DNA of 64,000 nucleotides from Anaerolineae bacterium. GTDB lineage: Bacteria; Chloroflexota; Anaerolineae; Aggregatilineales; Phototrophicaceae. The notes under the pieces are model-generated. The model saw only the letters and a list, made by a program, of their open reading frames with translations, was not told where the DNA came from and ran no database searches. Made by a program: the position numbers and the translations under genes. The DNA is taken from positions 103,942-167,941 of the forward strand of contig JASNZW010000006.1 of the NCBI GenBank assembly GCA_048499435.1, read 5' to 3'. This document shows, piece after piece, positions 17,694 through 29,162 of this stretch. The number at the start of each line of letters is the position of its first letter. Position 1 is the first letter of the stretch.

Positions 17694-18905
17694 TCAGTCG
17701 AGGCGGTCCATTTTGCGGCGCAGGCGGCGGATGCGGCCCTGTTCAGGGCGGATGCGGCCAAGCGTCTCGTTGAAACGGCGGCTGAGGCGCACCAGCCGCC
17801 GCCGCCAGTGGGCCAGGAAATAGCTGAACTGCTGGCGCTGGCGGTACAGGGTGCGGCGCTCGCTGGTTTCCGGGCGGCCCCAGCGCACCACCATCGAACC
17901 CCAGGTCAGGCCCCCGCCGAAACCGACAAACACGAGGTTGTCGCCGTTGTCAACGCGGCCCTGCTCCACCGCTTCGCACAGCGCGATCGGGATTGAGGCC
18001 GCCGACGTGTTGCCGTAGCGGTCCAGGTTGCTCATGAACAGCTCTGGCTGGACTTTAAGCGCGCGCGCGGCTGACTGGATGATGCGGGCGTTGGCCTGGT
18101 GCGGGATGATCAGGTCTACGTCGGCGATGGCGAGGCCCGCCTGGGCCAGCGCCTGCTGGATGCTCTCGCCGATGACGCGCGTGGCGAATTTGAACACTTC
18201 GCCGCCGTTCATGTACATCTTGCCCATTTTGTGTTGCAGGCCCTCTGTGCCGGGCACGTCCGCGTCCTGGCTGCCCACGGTGGGGATCGTCAGCAGGTCC
18301 CAACCAGAGCCGTCGGAGCGCAGCACGCTGGACAGCACGCCGCCCTCAACATCGCTGGCCTGCAGGACGACCGCGCCAGCGCCGTCGCCGAACAGGATAC
18401 AGGTTCCCCGATCCTGCCAGTCGAGCACGCGGCTCATCGTTTCAGAGCCGATCACCAGCGCGGTTTGCATGCTGCCAGTGCGGATGGCCTGGGCGGCGAA
18501 ATTGAGGCCGTAAACGAAGCCAGAGCAGGCCGCGCTCAGGTCGAAAGCGCCGGCTTTGGTCGCGCCCAGCCAGTCCTGAATCAGGCTGGCGGTGCTGGGG
18601 AAGATATACTCTGGCGTGGACGTGGCGACGATCACGATGTCGAGTTCGATGGGCAGGATTTCCGCCACTTCCAGCGCGCGCTGGGCCGCTTTCAGGCCCA
18701 GCGTGGCGGTTGATTCGGACCCGCCGGCGATGCGCCGTTCGCGGATGCCGGTGCGCGTGACGATCCACTCGTCGCTGGTTTCGACGATCGCCGCCAGATC
18801 GTCGTTGCTCAGCACGCGGTCAGGCACGGCCATGCCCCAACCGACAATGTGCGCGTAAATGCGGTCGGAGCTAAAGCTGTCGGCTGCCCGGCTATGCGCG
18901 GCCAT
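17694..18905 (-). CDS. fabH: 3-oxoacyl-ACP synthase III with a ~60-aa Arg-rich C-terminal extension
   Basis: 403 aa. TSDEWIVTRTGIRERR, active-site LSAACSGFVYG, IIPHQANARI, GNTSAASIP and GGGLTWG, followed by an extra RPETSERRTLYRQRQQF..RIRRLRRKMDRLD. Confidence 0.88.
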   Translation of the reverse strand: MAAHSRAADSFSSDRIYAHIVGWGMAVPDRVLSNDDLAAIVETSDEWIVTRTGIRERRIAGGSESTATLGLKAAQRALEVAEILPIELDIVIVATSTPEYIFPSTASLIQDWLGATKAGAFDLSAACSGFVYGLNFAAQAIRTGSMQTALVIGSETMSRVLDWQDRGTCILFGDGAGAVVLQASDVEGGVLSSVLRSDGSGWDLLTIPTVGSQDADVPGTEGLQHKMGKMYMNGGEVFKFATRVIGESIQQALAQAGLAIADVDLIIPHQANARIIQSAARALKVQPELFMSNLDRYGNTSAASIPIALCEAVEQGRVDNGDNLVFVGFGGGLTWGSMVVRWGRPETSERRTLYRQRQQFSYFLAHWRRRLVRLSRRFNETLGRIRPEQGRIRRLRRKMDRLD

Positions 18906-20148
18906 TTTCGCGGTATTTGCTGAAGATCACGACAGCGTTGTGCCCGCCGAAGCCAAATGAGTTGCTCATGGCGATGTTGATTTCATGGGGCACGCCCACG
19001 AGCGGCGTGTAATTCAGGTCGCACTCCGGGTCCTGGTTGTCCAGGTTGACCGTTGGCGGGATGAAGTTTCTGTTGATCGCCATAATGGTGAACACAGCCT
19101 CAACCGCGCCAGCAGCGCCCATCAGGTGGCCGGTGACCGACTTGGTTGAGCTGATCGGGATTTCGTAGGCCTGTTCGCCCAGCGCCCGTTTGATCGCCAG
19201 CGTTTCGCTTTTGTCGTTCAGGGGCGTGCTGGTGCCGTGCGCGTTAATGTAGTCCAGGTCCTGCGGGCGCAGGCCAGCGTCTTTAAGCGCCAGCTCAATC
19301 GCCTTGGCCGCGCCTTCGCCAGTTTCAAGCGGGGCCGTCACGTGATAGGCGTCTGACGTGTGGCCATAGCCGAGCACTTCGGCGTAGATTTTGGCCCCGC
19401 GCGCCCGCGCGTGCTCCAGTTCTTCAAGCATCAGCAGGGCCGCGCCCTCGGCGATCACGAAACCGTCGCGGTCAATGTCAAAGGGGCGCGAGGCTTTTTC
19501 CGGCGCGTCGTTGCGGCGCGAGATAGCGGTCATGTTGTTGAAGCTGGCGATAGCTACATCCACCAGCCCCGCCTCTGAGCTGCCCGCGAGAATGGCTTTG
19601 GCGTCGCCGCGCCGGATGATGGCGGTGGCCTCACCGATGCTGTTGTTGCCAGTGGCGCAGGCGGTGGAGATGGCGAAGTTAGGGCCGCGCAGCCCGTACA
19701 CCATCGAGATTTTGCTGGACGCGCTGTCCGGCAGCATCATGGGGACCATCAACGGGCTGACCGACCTGGCCCCTTTTTCCAGGAAGTTCTTGATGCTTTC
19801 AAGGATGGAGCCGATGCCGCCAATGCCAGACCCGGCCACGCAGCCGATATCGAAGGTGTTGTCTGGGGTGACTTCCAGGCCGGAGTCCTCCATGACCTGC
19901 TGGGCGGCATACAGCGCAAGCTGGGTAACGCGGTCGGTCCGGCGGCTTTCACGCTTGCCCAGGAAGGCTTCCGGGTCGAAATTCTTGACCTCACCGCCAA
20001 AGTGATTTTCCAGATGAGAAGTGTCGAACCGGGTGATAGGGCCGATGCCGGTTTTGCCGGCGGCGGCGTTGGCCCACGCTTCTTCGACTGAATTGCCCGT
20101 GGGGCAGATGATGCCCATGCCGGTTATGACCACACGTCGCCGTTCCAA
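18892..20148 (-). CDS. fabF: 3-oxoacyl-ACP synthase II
   Basis: 418 aa, TTG start preceded by GGAGG. RVVITGMG, ISTACATG, NAHGTSTPLND, GHLMGAAG and NSFGFGGHN. Confidence 0.93.
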   Translation of the reverse strand: MERRRVVITGMGIICPTGNSVEEAWANAAAGKTGIGPITRFDTSHLENHFGGEVKNFDPEAFLGKRESRRTDRVTQLALYAAQQVMEDSGLEVTPDNTFDIGCVAGSGIGGIGSILESIKNFLEKGARSVSPLMVPMMLPDSASSKISMVYGLRGPNFAISTACATGNNSIGEATAIIRRGDAKAILAGSSEAGLVDVAIASFNNMTAISRRNDAPEKASRPFDIDRDGFVIAEGAALLMLEELEHARARGAKIYAEVLGYGHTSDAYHVTAPLETGEGAAKAIELALKDAGLRPQDLDYINAHGTSTPLNDKSETLAIKRALGEQAYEIPISSTKSVTGHLMGAAGAVEAVFTIMAINRNFIPPTVNLDNQDPECDLNYTPLVGVPHEINIAMSNSFGFGGHNAVVIFSKYRENGRA

Positions 20149-20333
20149 GATCGCTGACCTCCACTTTCACGTTTGCGCGACCGCCGCGAACACCCGGCAT
20201 TATGCCAGATGGGTTAAACATCTGTCTACCTGCTTATTACTACAACACCGGTCGCGGGCGGCGGTTGCAGCGATTCGCGGCTGTCACTGCGCCAGGGGCG
20301 CGGGTATAATAGGCGCTGCATCGTGGAGGGTTC

Positions 20334-21281
20334 ATGATTCTCGTTACGGGCGCTACCGGGTTTATCGGCACGAACCTGGTCGCACAACTGCTGGCGCGGG
20401 GTTATCGCGTCCGCTGTTTGATTCCTGAACACAGGCTGCACGATCTGCCCTGGTCGCCGCTGCCGGAGATCGTCACCGGGCACGTGCTGGATGAGGAAGC
20501 GCTGTACCGCGCCGTGACCGGCGTTTTCGTCGTGATTCACCTGGAGAACGCGCAGTGGTGGGGCCGCCGGCGCGACCTGGAGCGCGTGGAGCTGGCGGGG
20601 ACGCAGAACCTGATCGCGGCGGCGCGCGCGGCGCGGGTGGGGCGCATCATCACGGTGAGCCACCTGGGCGCTGCGCCGGCGGCGGCGTATAATCTGCTGC
20701 GCATCAAAGGTCTGGTTGAGGAAGCGATTCGCGCCAGCGGCCTGGCGTACACGATTATTCGCAGCGGCATTGTGTTTGGCGAGAACGACGCCTTCCTCAA
20801 CCACATCGCGCTGATGCTGCGCGCAAACCCGCTGGTCTTCTTTATGCCGGGGCGCGGCGAGGTAGTGCTGCATCCGCTCTACATTGACGACCTGGTGGAT
20901 GCGCTGGCGCGCGCGCTGGAGCGCGAGGACACGGTTGACACGGTGCTGGAGATCGGCGGGCCGGAGTACATCACGCTGGAGGACCTGCTGCGCACAGTGA
21001 TGCGGGTTTCGGGTATGCGCCGCCTGGTCGTGCCTGTCCCGCCGTACATGCTGCGCTGGTCAACAGCGTTTTACAGCCGCATTTTGCCGCGCTCACTGAT
21101 GACGTCTCAGTGGCTTGACATTCTGGCGACCAACCGGACCGCGCAGCTTGGCAACATGTATCAGTATTTCGGCATCAGGCCGCGCCGCCTGGAAGACACG
21201 CTGCTGACGTACATGCGCGGGCGGGGATATTGGCGGGCGCTGGCGCGCGGCGTGATGCGGCGCAGGCCGCGCAGAATTTAA
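20334..21281 (+). CDS. NAD(P)H-binding SDR-family protein (NmrA/NDUFA9-like)
   Basis: 315 aa. MILVTGATGFIGTNLV Rossmann motif. TATAAT at 20305-20310 and GGAGGG RBS upstream. Confidence 0.78.
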   Translation: MILVTGATGFIGTNLVAQLLARGYRVRCLIPEHRLHDLPWSPLPEIVTGHVLDEEALYRAVTGVFVVIHLENAQWWGRRRDLERVELAGTQNLIAAARAARVGRIITVSHLGAAPAAAYNLLRIKGLVEEAIRASGLAYTIIRSGIVFGENDAFLNHIALMLRANPLVFFMPGRGEVVLHPLYIDDLVDALARALEREDTVDTVLEIGGPEYITLEDLLRTVMRVSGMRRLVVPVPPYMLRWSTAFYSRILPRSLMTSQWLDILATNRTAQLGNMYQYFGIRPRRLEDTLLTYMRGRGYWRALARGVMRRRPRRI

Positions 21282-21284
21282 CGG

Positions 21285-22199
21285 ATGGGTCGAAGGTTGA
21301 GCATGGGAACGATGGTGGAAATACGGGCGCTGCGCACGCTGGATGAGATGCGGCAGGCGGTAGAGCTGCAAAAGGTGTACTGGGGAGATGACATGGAGTC
21401 GGTGATCCCGGCGCATATGTTGTTTTCGCTGGCCAACTCTGGCGGGCATGTGCTGGCCGCTTACGACGGCGCGACGCTGGCCGGCCTGCTGGTTGGCTTT
21501 TTGGGGACGAATATCGCGGAGAGCAACCGTCCGGCGATGGCCAACCTCCAGTTTGTGTCGAAGCGGATGGTCGTGCTGCCGGCGTATCGCAACCAGGGCC
21601 TGGGCTATCACCTGAAGATCGCGCAGCGCGAGCTGGCCATCAAGCAGGGGGTGCGGCTGGTCGTGTGGACGTTCGACCCGCTGCAGGCGGTGAACGCATA
21701 CCTGAACATCCGCAAGCTGGGCGGCATCTGCCGCGAATTCCGGCAGGACTATTACGGCACGCAGCAGGTCGGCGGCCTGACGCTGCTGGGCAGCTCTGAC
21801 CGGCTGTTTCTGGAATGGTGGGTGACAAACCGGCGCGTTGAGGAACGCATTAACGGCAGCCGCAGCAACCTGAGCCTGAAGCACTACCTGGACGCCAACA
21901 CGCCGATTCTCAACGCCACCACGGCTGACGCGCGCGGCCTGTGCCTGCCGGCGGCGGCGTCGGCGCGCGCGTCCGGCTCGATGGCGCTGCTGGAGATTCC
22001 GTCTGATTACGGCACGCTGGTGCTGGCTGACCCGGAACTCGCGAAGGCGTGGCGGATGCACACGCGCGCGCTGTTCGGCGCGCTGATGGACGCCGGCTAC
22101 CTGGTGACAGATTTCCTGCGCGAGGTGTATGAGGGCCGCCAGCGGGCTTTTTACCTGCTGAGCCACAGCGGGCCGCAGTTCGATTTCAGCCCGAATTAG
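21285..22199 (+). CDS. GNAT-superfamily acetyltransferase-like protein (COG3375-like)
   Basis: 304 aa. ..VVLPAYRNQGLGYHLKIAQRE..VWTFDPLQAVNAYLNIRKLG.. resembles the predicted-GNAT family. Alternative starts at 21303 and 21312. Confidence 0.6.
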   Translation: MGRRLSMGTMVEIRALRTLDEMRQAVELQKVYWGDDMESVIPAHMLFSLANSGGHVLAAYDGATLAGLLVGFLGTNIAESNRPAMANLQFVSKRMVVLPAYRNQGLGYHLKIAQRELAIKQGVRLVVWTFDPLQAVNAYLNIRKLGGICREFRQDYYGTQQVGGLTLLGSSDRLFLEWWVTNRRVEERINGSRSNLSLKHYLDANTPILNATTADARGLCLPAAASARASGSMALLEIPSDYGTLVLADPELAKAWRMHTRALFGALMDAGYLVTDFLREVYEGRQRAFYLLSHSGPQFDFSPN

Positions 22200-22239
22200 C
22201 GCGCGCCGCCGTATCGCTGGCTGTTGGTGGAGGGGGAGA

Positions 22240-23091
22240 ATGTCATTCGAAAATGTGACGATCGCGTTTATCGGCAGCGGGGTGATGGGCGAGGCCATGA
22301 TCAAGGGCCTGCTCAGCAAGGGCATGGTGGAGCCGCGCCAGATCGTGGCGGCGGACCCGCGCGCCGACCGGGGCGCGGAGCTGGCCGCCCGCTATGGGCT
22401 GCGCGCCACGACCGACAACCACGAGGCGGCGGAGGCCGGCGATCTGCTGGTGCTGTCGGTCAAGCCGCAGGTGGTGGAGCAGGTGCTGCCGGCGGTGCGG
22501 CGCGGGGCGCACTCTGCGTCGCTGGTGCTGAGCATCGCGGCGGGGGTGCGCATCAGGACGATCGCTAACGGCGTGGCAAACGCCAGCGTGGTGCGCGCGA
22601 TGCCCAACACGCCCGCGCAGATCGGCCAGGGGATTACGGTGTGGACGGCCACTGAAGAAGTGCTGCCGCCGCAGCGCGCGCAGGCGCGGATGCTGCTGGG
22701 CGCGCTGGGCGAGGAAATGTATGTGGACGACGAGTCCTATCTGGATATGGCGACGGCGCTCAGCGGCACTGGCCCGGCGTATATTTTCCTGTTTATGGAG
22801 GCGCTGATTGACGCCGGGGTGCACATGGGGTTTGCGCGGCGCGACGCCGAACGGTTGGTGCTGCAGACCATGCGCGGCTCGGTTGAGTATGCGGCGGCCT
22901 CTGGCCTGCACCCGGCGCAGCTTCGCAACCAGGTAACCAGCCCCGGCGGCACGTCGGCTGAGGCGATCTACCATCTGGAGAAGGGCGGCCTGCGCACCGT
23001 CGTCTCGCGGGCGGTGTGGGCGGCCTTCCAGCGGTCGGTGACGCTGGGCGGCGGGCCAGCAGTGCGCCAGCCGAGCGGTGACGATTTGTGA
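22240..23091 (+). CDS. proC: pyrroline-5-carboxylate reductase
   Basis: 283 aa. IAFIGSGVMGEAM, RAMPNTPA and VTSPGGTSAEAI. Confidence 0.92.
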   Translation: MSFENVTIAFIGSGVMGEAMIKGLLSKGMVEPRQIVAADPRADRGAELAARYGLRATTDNHEAAEAGDLLVLSVKPQVVEQVLPAVRRGAHSASLVLSIAAGVRIRTIANGVANASVVRAMPNTPAQIGQGITVWTATEEVLPPQRAQARMLLGALGEEMYVDDESYLDMATALSGTGPAYIFLFMEALIDAGVHMGFARRDAERLVLQTMRGSVEYAAASGLHPAQLRNQVTSPGGTSAEAIYHLEKGGLRTVVSRAVWAAFQRSVTLGGGPAVRQPSGDDL

Positions 23092-23096
23092 AATTG

Positions 23097-23125
23097 TGGA
23101 CAGCCGCACGGCAATACGTTACAAT
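23097..23125 (+). promoter_or_regulatory. sigma-70-like promoter upstream of atpA (TGGACA-N17-TACAAT)
   Basis: -35 TGGACA at 23097-23102, 17-nt spacer, -10 TACAAT at 23120-23125. AGGGAGG RBS before ATG 23237. Confidence 0.5.
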
Positions 23126-23236
23126 CCCGCCACCATGCGGGCGGACGATGCCGGCGTGCGTATTTGATTTTGGGATTGGGCAGCTCACTCGGTATGAGTG
23201 ATAGTGGACAGCGCGGTTAATCAGGGAGGCCACTGA

Positions 23237-24745
23237 ATGGCGGACATCTCCAAGAGCCTGTATGACTCGTTCATGGAGCAGATCAAGGACTACCAGCCCA
23301 CGCTTGAAGCGGTGGAAGTGGGCTATGTGGTCGAGGTGGGCGACGGCATCGCCCGCGTGACGGGGCTGGAGACGGTGAAGTTCAGCGAGCTGGTGCAGTT
23401 CAGCACTGGCGTGCTGGGCATCGTGTTCAGCCTGGAGCGCGAGAGCGTCGGCATCATCATCCTGGGCGACTACAACGACATCGCCGAGGGGGGCGAAGTG
23501 CGGGCGCTGGGGCGTATCGCGTCGGTGCCGGTGGGCGAGGGCCTGCTGGGGCGCGTGATCAGCGCGGTGGGCACGCCGCTGGACGGCAAGGGCACGCTTC
23601 AGTTCAGCGAGTATTACAACATCGAGCGCATCGCGCCGGGCGTGATGGCGCGGCGCAACGTGTACCGCCCGCTGCAAACCGGCATTATCGCGATTGACTC
23701 GATGATCCCGATTGGGCGCGGCCAGCGCGAGCTGGTGATTGGCGACCGGCAGATCGGCAAGACGGCGATCGCCATTGACGCGATCATCAACCAGAAGGGC
23801 AAGAACGTAAAGTGCATCTACGTGGCGATTGGCAAGCGCAAGGGCGAGGTCGCCCGGCTGGTCGCCACGCTGGAAGAACACGGCGCGATGGACTACACCA
23901 TCGTCGTTGTCGCGTCCGCATCTGACCCGGCGGCGATGCAGTACATCGCCCCGTACTCTGGCTGCGCCATCGGCGAGTGGTTCATGGAGAACGGCCAGGA
24001 CGCGCTGGTCGTCTACGATGACCTGTCCAAGCACGCCTGGGCCTACCGGCAGGTGTCGCTGCTGCTGCGCCGCCCGCCGGGCCGCGAAGCCTACCCCGGC
24101 GACGTGTTCTACCTGCACAGCCGCCTGCTGGAGCGCGCCGCCCAGTTGAATGAGGAACGCGGCGGCGGCAGCCTGACGGCGCTGCCGTTTATCGAGACGC
24201 TGCTGGGTGACGTGTCCGCTTTCGTGCCCACCAACGTTATTTCGATCACTGACGGCCAGATTTACCTGATCTCTGACCTGTTCTACGCTGGCCAGCGCCC
24301 GGCGCTGGACGTTGGCATCAGCGTGAGCCGCGTGGGCGGTGACGCCCAGACGAAGGCCATGAAGCGCGTGGCGGGCCGCCTTAAGCTGGACCTGGCGCAG
24401 TTCCGCTCGCTGGCGGCGTTCGCGCAGTTCGGCTCTGACCTGGACCGCACCACCCAGCAGCAGCTTGACCGGGGCCTGCGTCTGACGGAGCTGCTGAAGC
24501 AGAAGCAGTACCAGCCGATGCCGCTGGCCGACCAGGTGGCGGTGATTTTCGCCGGCAACAACGGCTACCTGGACGCCGTGCCAGTTGAGCGCATCGGCGG
24601 ATGGAAGGAAGAGTTTCTGCGCGTGTTCAACACGCAGTTTGGGGCGGTGGCGCGGCAGCTCAACGACAACCCGGATGAGTGGACGGAGAGCGTTGAGGCC
24701 AGGCTGCGCGAGGCTATCGAGTCGTTCAACGCCAACTGGAACTGA
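23237..24745 (+). CDS. atpA: F1 ATP synthase alpha subunit
   Basis: 502 aa. GDRQIGKT P-loop and overall alpha-subunit sequence. Confidence 0.97.
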   Translation: MADISKSLYDSFMEQIKDYQPTLEAVEVGYVVEVGDGIARVTGLETVKFSELVQFSTGVLGIVFSLERESVGIIILGDYNDIAEGGEVRALGRIASVPVGEGLLGRVISAVGTPLDGKGTLQFSEYYNIERIAPGVMARRNVYRPLQTGIIAIDSMIPIGRGQRELVIGDRQIGKTAIAIDAIINQKGKNVKCIYVAIGKRKGEVARLVATLEEHGAMDYTIVVVASASDPAAMQYIAPYSGCAIGEWFMENGQDALVVYDDLSKHAWAYRQVSLLLRRPPGREAYPGDVFYLHSRLLERAAQLNEERGGGSLTALPFIETLLGDVSAFVPTNVISITDGQIYLISDLFYAGQRPALDVGISVSRVGGDAQTKAMKRVAGRLKLDLAQFRSLAAFAQFGSDLDRTTQQQLDRGLRLTELLKQKQYQPMPLADQVAVIFAGNNGYLDAVPVERIGGWKEEFLRVFNTQFGAVARQLNDNPDEWTESVEARLREAIESFNANWN

Positions 24746-24775
24746 TACGCCGGGCCGGGAAGTAAGGAGCGTTGA

Positions 24776-25738
24776 ATGCCTACTGCACGTGAGATTCAAA
24801 AACGCATCCGCAGCGTGAAGAACATCACGCAGATCACGCGCGCGCTGGAGGCTGTTTCGGCCTCAAAGGTGCGCCGGGCGCAGGCGCGGGTGCTGGCGAG
24901 CCGGGCGTTTTCCGAGAAAGCGTGGGAGATCCTGCTCAATATCCAGCATGCGTCGGCGCATGGCGAGCCGCTGCACCCGCTGCTGACGCGCCGCGACGAG
25001 GTCCAGAACGTGATGATTTTCCTCATCACGGCGGAGCGCGGCCTGGCGGGCGGCTATAACGCCAACATCACACGCGCCGCGCTGCGCTTTGCGGACCGGC
25101 TTAAGCTGCCGGTGCAGTTTGTGACGATCGGGCGCAAAGGGCGCGACTCGCTGATTCGCCAGGGGCGGAATGTGGTGGCACAGTTCAGCGATCTGCCGGC
25201 GGACATCACGATCGCCGACATCGCGCCGGCGGCGCGGCTGGCGATGAACGCCTACCTGAGCGGCGAGGTGGACCATGTTTATATCGCCTACACGGACTTC
25301 ATCAACACGCTGACGCAGCGCCCGATGGTCATCACCTGGCCGCCGCTGATGTCCGGGCTGGAGAACGTCGAGCTGGTGGCGGCTGAGTTCAGCGGGAATC
25401 ATCGCCGCGTGCCGCAGTCCAACGGGCGGACGCGGGACTATGAATACGAACCCAGCCCTGAAGCCGTGCTTGACGAGATTGTGCCGCGTTTTGCCGAGCT
25501 TCAGCTTTACCAGGCGGTGCTGGAGAGCCAGGCCAGCGAGCACTCAGCGCGTATGGTCGCCATGCGCAACGCCTCAGAGAACGCGGTGGCGGTCACCGCT
25601 GACCTGACGCTGCTCTACAACAAGGCGCGCCAGGCGGCCATCACCGCAGAGATTCTCGACATTGTGGGCGGGACCGAAGCGCTGCAAAGCATGATCGAGA
25701 AGGTCGCCGATGACCTTGAACCAGAGCTGGCGCGCTAG
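24776..25738 (+). CDS. atpG: F1 ATP synthase gamma subunit
   Basis: 320 aa. MPTAREIQKRIRSVKNITQITRALEAVSASK N-terminus and C-terminal ..YNKARQAAITAEILDIVGG. Confidence 0.95.
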   Translation: MPTAREIQKRIRSVKNITQITRALEAVSASKVRRAQARVLASRAFSEKAWEILLNIQHASAHGEPLHPLLTRRDEVQNVMIFLITAERGLAGGYNANITRAALRFADRLKLPVQFVTIGRKGRDSLIRQGRNVVAQFSDLPADITIADIAPAARLAMNAYLSGEVDHVYIAYTDFINTLTQRPMVITWPPLMSGLENVELVAAEFSGNHRRVPQSNGRTRDYEYEPSPEAVLDEIVPRFAELQLYQAVLESQASEHSARMVAMRNASENAVAVTADLTLLYNKARQAAITAEILDIVGGTEALQSMIEKVADDLEPELAR

Positions 25739-27232
<1,494 letters not shown>

Positions 27233-27246
27233 CAGGGAGGGGACAG

Positions 27247-27699
27247 ATGCCGATTCATGTAGAGATTGTGACGCAGGAACGCAAGGTGTTCGACGAGCCG
27301 GAGGCGGATATCGTCATCATACCCGCGCTGGAAGGCGAGATGGGTGTGCTGCCCCGGCACGCGCCCGTGCTGACCACGCTGGGCTTTGGCGAGCTGATCG
27401 TGCGCAAGGGCAACCGCGAGGAGCGCTTCGCCATCTATGGCGGTGTGGTGGATGTCCAACCGGACAAAGTCACGGTGCTGGCGGAGCTGGCCCAATCGTC
27501 GTTCGACCTGGACCTGGAAGCGGCGGAGGCCGCCCGCGCCAGCGCCGCGCAGTTGATGGCGGAGGGCGTGCCGGAGGCTGAAAACCGGACGGCCACGCTG
27601 GCGCTGCGCCGCGCCGAGCTGACCATTCGTATCAGCCGGAGGGTTCAGAGCCGGGGCAGCCAGGTGCTGCGCATCATTGATGAGCCGGACGAGGACTAA
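27247..27699 (+). CDS. atpC: F1 ATP synthase epsilon subunit
   Basis: 150 aa. Position after atpD and an N-terminal beta-sandwich pattern (IVTQERKVFDEP..VIIPALEGEMGVLPRHAP). Confidence 0.9.
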   Translation: MPIHVEIVTQERKVFDEPEADIVIIPALEGEMGVLPRHAPVLTTLGFGELIVRKGNREERFAIYGGVVDVQPDKVTVLAELAQSSFDLDLEAAEAARASAAQLMAEGVPEAENRTATLALRRAELTIRISRRVQSRGSQVLRIIDEPDED

Positions 27700-27724
27700 C
27701 GGCGGACACAAACGCGGCTGACAG

Positions 27725-27762
27725 ACGCCCGGACGGCGCACTGCTGTCCGGGCGTTGCTTTT
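27725..27762 (+). terminator. rho-independent terminator after atpC
   Basis: ACGCCCGGAC (27725-27734) pairs with GTCCGGGCGT (27746-27755), an 11-nt loop, then TGCTTTT. Confidence 0.7.
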
Positions 27763-27822
27763 GACGCGGCCTTCAAGTATAAGTGTTCGTCCGCTGGGCG
27801 CGTTGCGAGGAGCTGCGGCGCT

Positions 27823-28833
27823 ATGGGGTTGTTTGATAAGAAGCTGGGTCTGGACCTGGGCACAGTGAATGTGCTGATCTACGAGCACGGGCAGATCGTG
27901 CTGCAGGAGCCGGCGCTGGTGGCGCTCACAGTTGAGGACGAGCGCATTGTCGAGATCGGCCAGCCGGCGCGCGAGATGCTGGGCCGGGTTGACGAGGAAG
28001 ACATTCAGGTCGTGCGCCCGCTGCGCGACGGCGTGATCGCCGACTATGAGGTGACGGAGGCCATGCTGCGCCATTTCTTCGGCAAGGTGGCCGGGCGCGT
28101 GCGCATGTTCAAACCAACGGTGATGGTTTCCGTCCCCTTCGGCGTGACCAGCGTGGAGAAGCGGGCGGTCCACGAGGCGACGATCGCCGCGGGCGCGCGT
28201 GAAACCTTCCTCATCTGGGAGCCGCTGGCGGCGGCGATCGGGGCTGGGCTGCCGGTGGGCACGCCCGCCGGCGATATGGTGGTGAACATTGGCGGCGGCA
28301 TTACCGAGGCGGCGGTGGTGACTATGAACAACATCGTCCGCGCCGAGAGCGGGCGCGTGGGCGGCCTGCGCCAGGACGACGCCATCATCAGCTATATCCG
28401 GCGGAAATACAACCTGACCATTGGCCAGCCAACGGCGGAGTCGGTGAAGATTCAGGTAGGCGCGGCGGTTGACCTGGGCGAGGAAATGAGCATGGATATC
28501 CAGGGGCGCGACAACGTCAGCGGCCTGCCGCGCACGGTCAGCGTCAGCACGGGCGAGGTGGTCGAGGCGCTGGCGGAGCCGCTGGCGATGATCGCCGGGG
28601 TGGTGCGCTCGGTGCTGGCGAACACGCCGCCAGAGCTGGCGTCGGACATCATTGACCGGGGTATCGTGCTGACGGGCGGCGGCGCGCTGCTGCGCGGCCT
28701 GGACCAATACCTGACGCGCGAAACCGGCGTGCCGGTGTACCGGGCTGACAACGCGATGACGGCGGTCGCGGTGGGGGCGGGGCGCGCGTTGGAGGACCCC
28801 GCGATTCTGCGGCGCATCACACACGCGATATAG
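27823..28833 (+). CDS. mreB: rod-shape-determining actin homologue MreB
   Basis: 336 aa. LGLDLGTVNVLIY, VSVPFGVTSVEKRA, MVVNIGGG and GIVLTGGGALLRGL. Confidence 0.93.
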   Translation: MGLFDKKLGLDLGTVNVLIYEHGQIVLQEPALVALTVEDERIVEIGQPAREMLGRVDEEDIQVVRPLRDGVIADYEVTEAMLRHFFGKVAGRVRMFKPTVMVSVPFGVTSVEKRAVHEATIAAGARETFLIWEPLAAAIGAGLPVGTPAGDMVVNIGGGITEAAVVTMNNIVRAESGRVGGLRQDDAIISYIRRKYNLTIGQPTAESVKIQVGAAVDLGEEMSMDIQGRDNVSGLPRTVSVSTGEVVEALAEPLAMIAGVVRSVLANTPPELASDIIDRGIVLTGGGALLRGLDQYLTRETGVPVYRADNAMTAVAVGAGRALEDPAILRRITHAI

Positions 28834-28844
28834 GGAAAGATGCA

Positions 28845-29150
28845 GTGACAGACGCCGAGGCACTGGAGAAGGCGCGGCAGGCGATCATGCGCTTCCGCGA
28901 GCTGCTGGACATTATGCAGCAGCAGATCAATGAAGGCGAACAGGCTTACGCGCGGCTTTTCGCCGCGCTTGACCCCGCTGAAACTGACGGCCGCGCTGTC
29001 AAGGAAATCCAGCGGCTGGCGGCGCACGCGGTTGCTGCCAGCCCGGAGGCGCTGCGCCGGGCGGCGCTGCACCAGGGCTTTGGCTGCCGCAACCTGGAGC
29101 GCGACTTCACGCAGGTGCACGACGCGCTGGTCTTCGACGCTGACGAGTGA
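28845..29150 (+). CDS. small hypothetical protein (predicted helical)
   Basis: 101 aa, GTG start 11 nt after mreB. Coding-like composition and no recognisable motif. Confidence 0.45.
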   Translation: MTDAEALEKARQAIMRFRELLDIMQQQINEGEQAYARLFAALDPAETDGRAVKEIQRLAAHAVAASPEALRRAALHQGFGCRNLERDFTQVHDALVFDADE

Positions 29151-29162
29151 GGGCGGCGCGCG

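Noticed and set aside
22793-24799. 668-aa minus-strand ORF. Similar very long antisense ORFs include 1576-3204, 6386-8110, 12922-14253, 27175-28863, 30876-32183, 50297-51967 and 62012-63844.
   Set aside because: Each lies antisense to a gene with unmistakable conserved motifs (atpA, Mo subunit, panB, mreB, tig and others). Their translations are Arg/Pro/Gly/Ala/His-rich low-complexity sequence. This is the expected stop-codon-poor antisense frame of a high-GC genome.
24776-25738. The ATP synthase gamma subunit seemed long (320 aa), suggesting a regulatory insertion like that of cyanobacteria/chloroplasts.
   Set aside because: Compared by eye with E. coli gamma, the extra length is only ~15 residues in a normally variable loop plus a short C-terminal tail. 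There is no Cys pair, so this is not a supportable claim.
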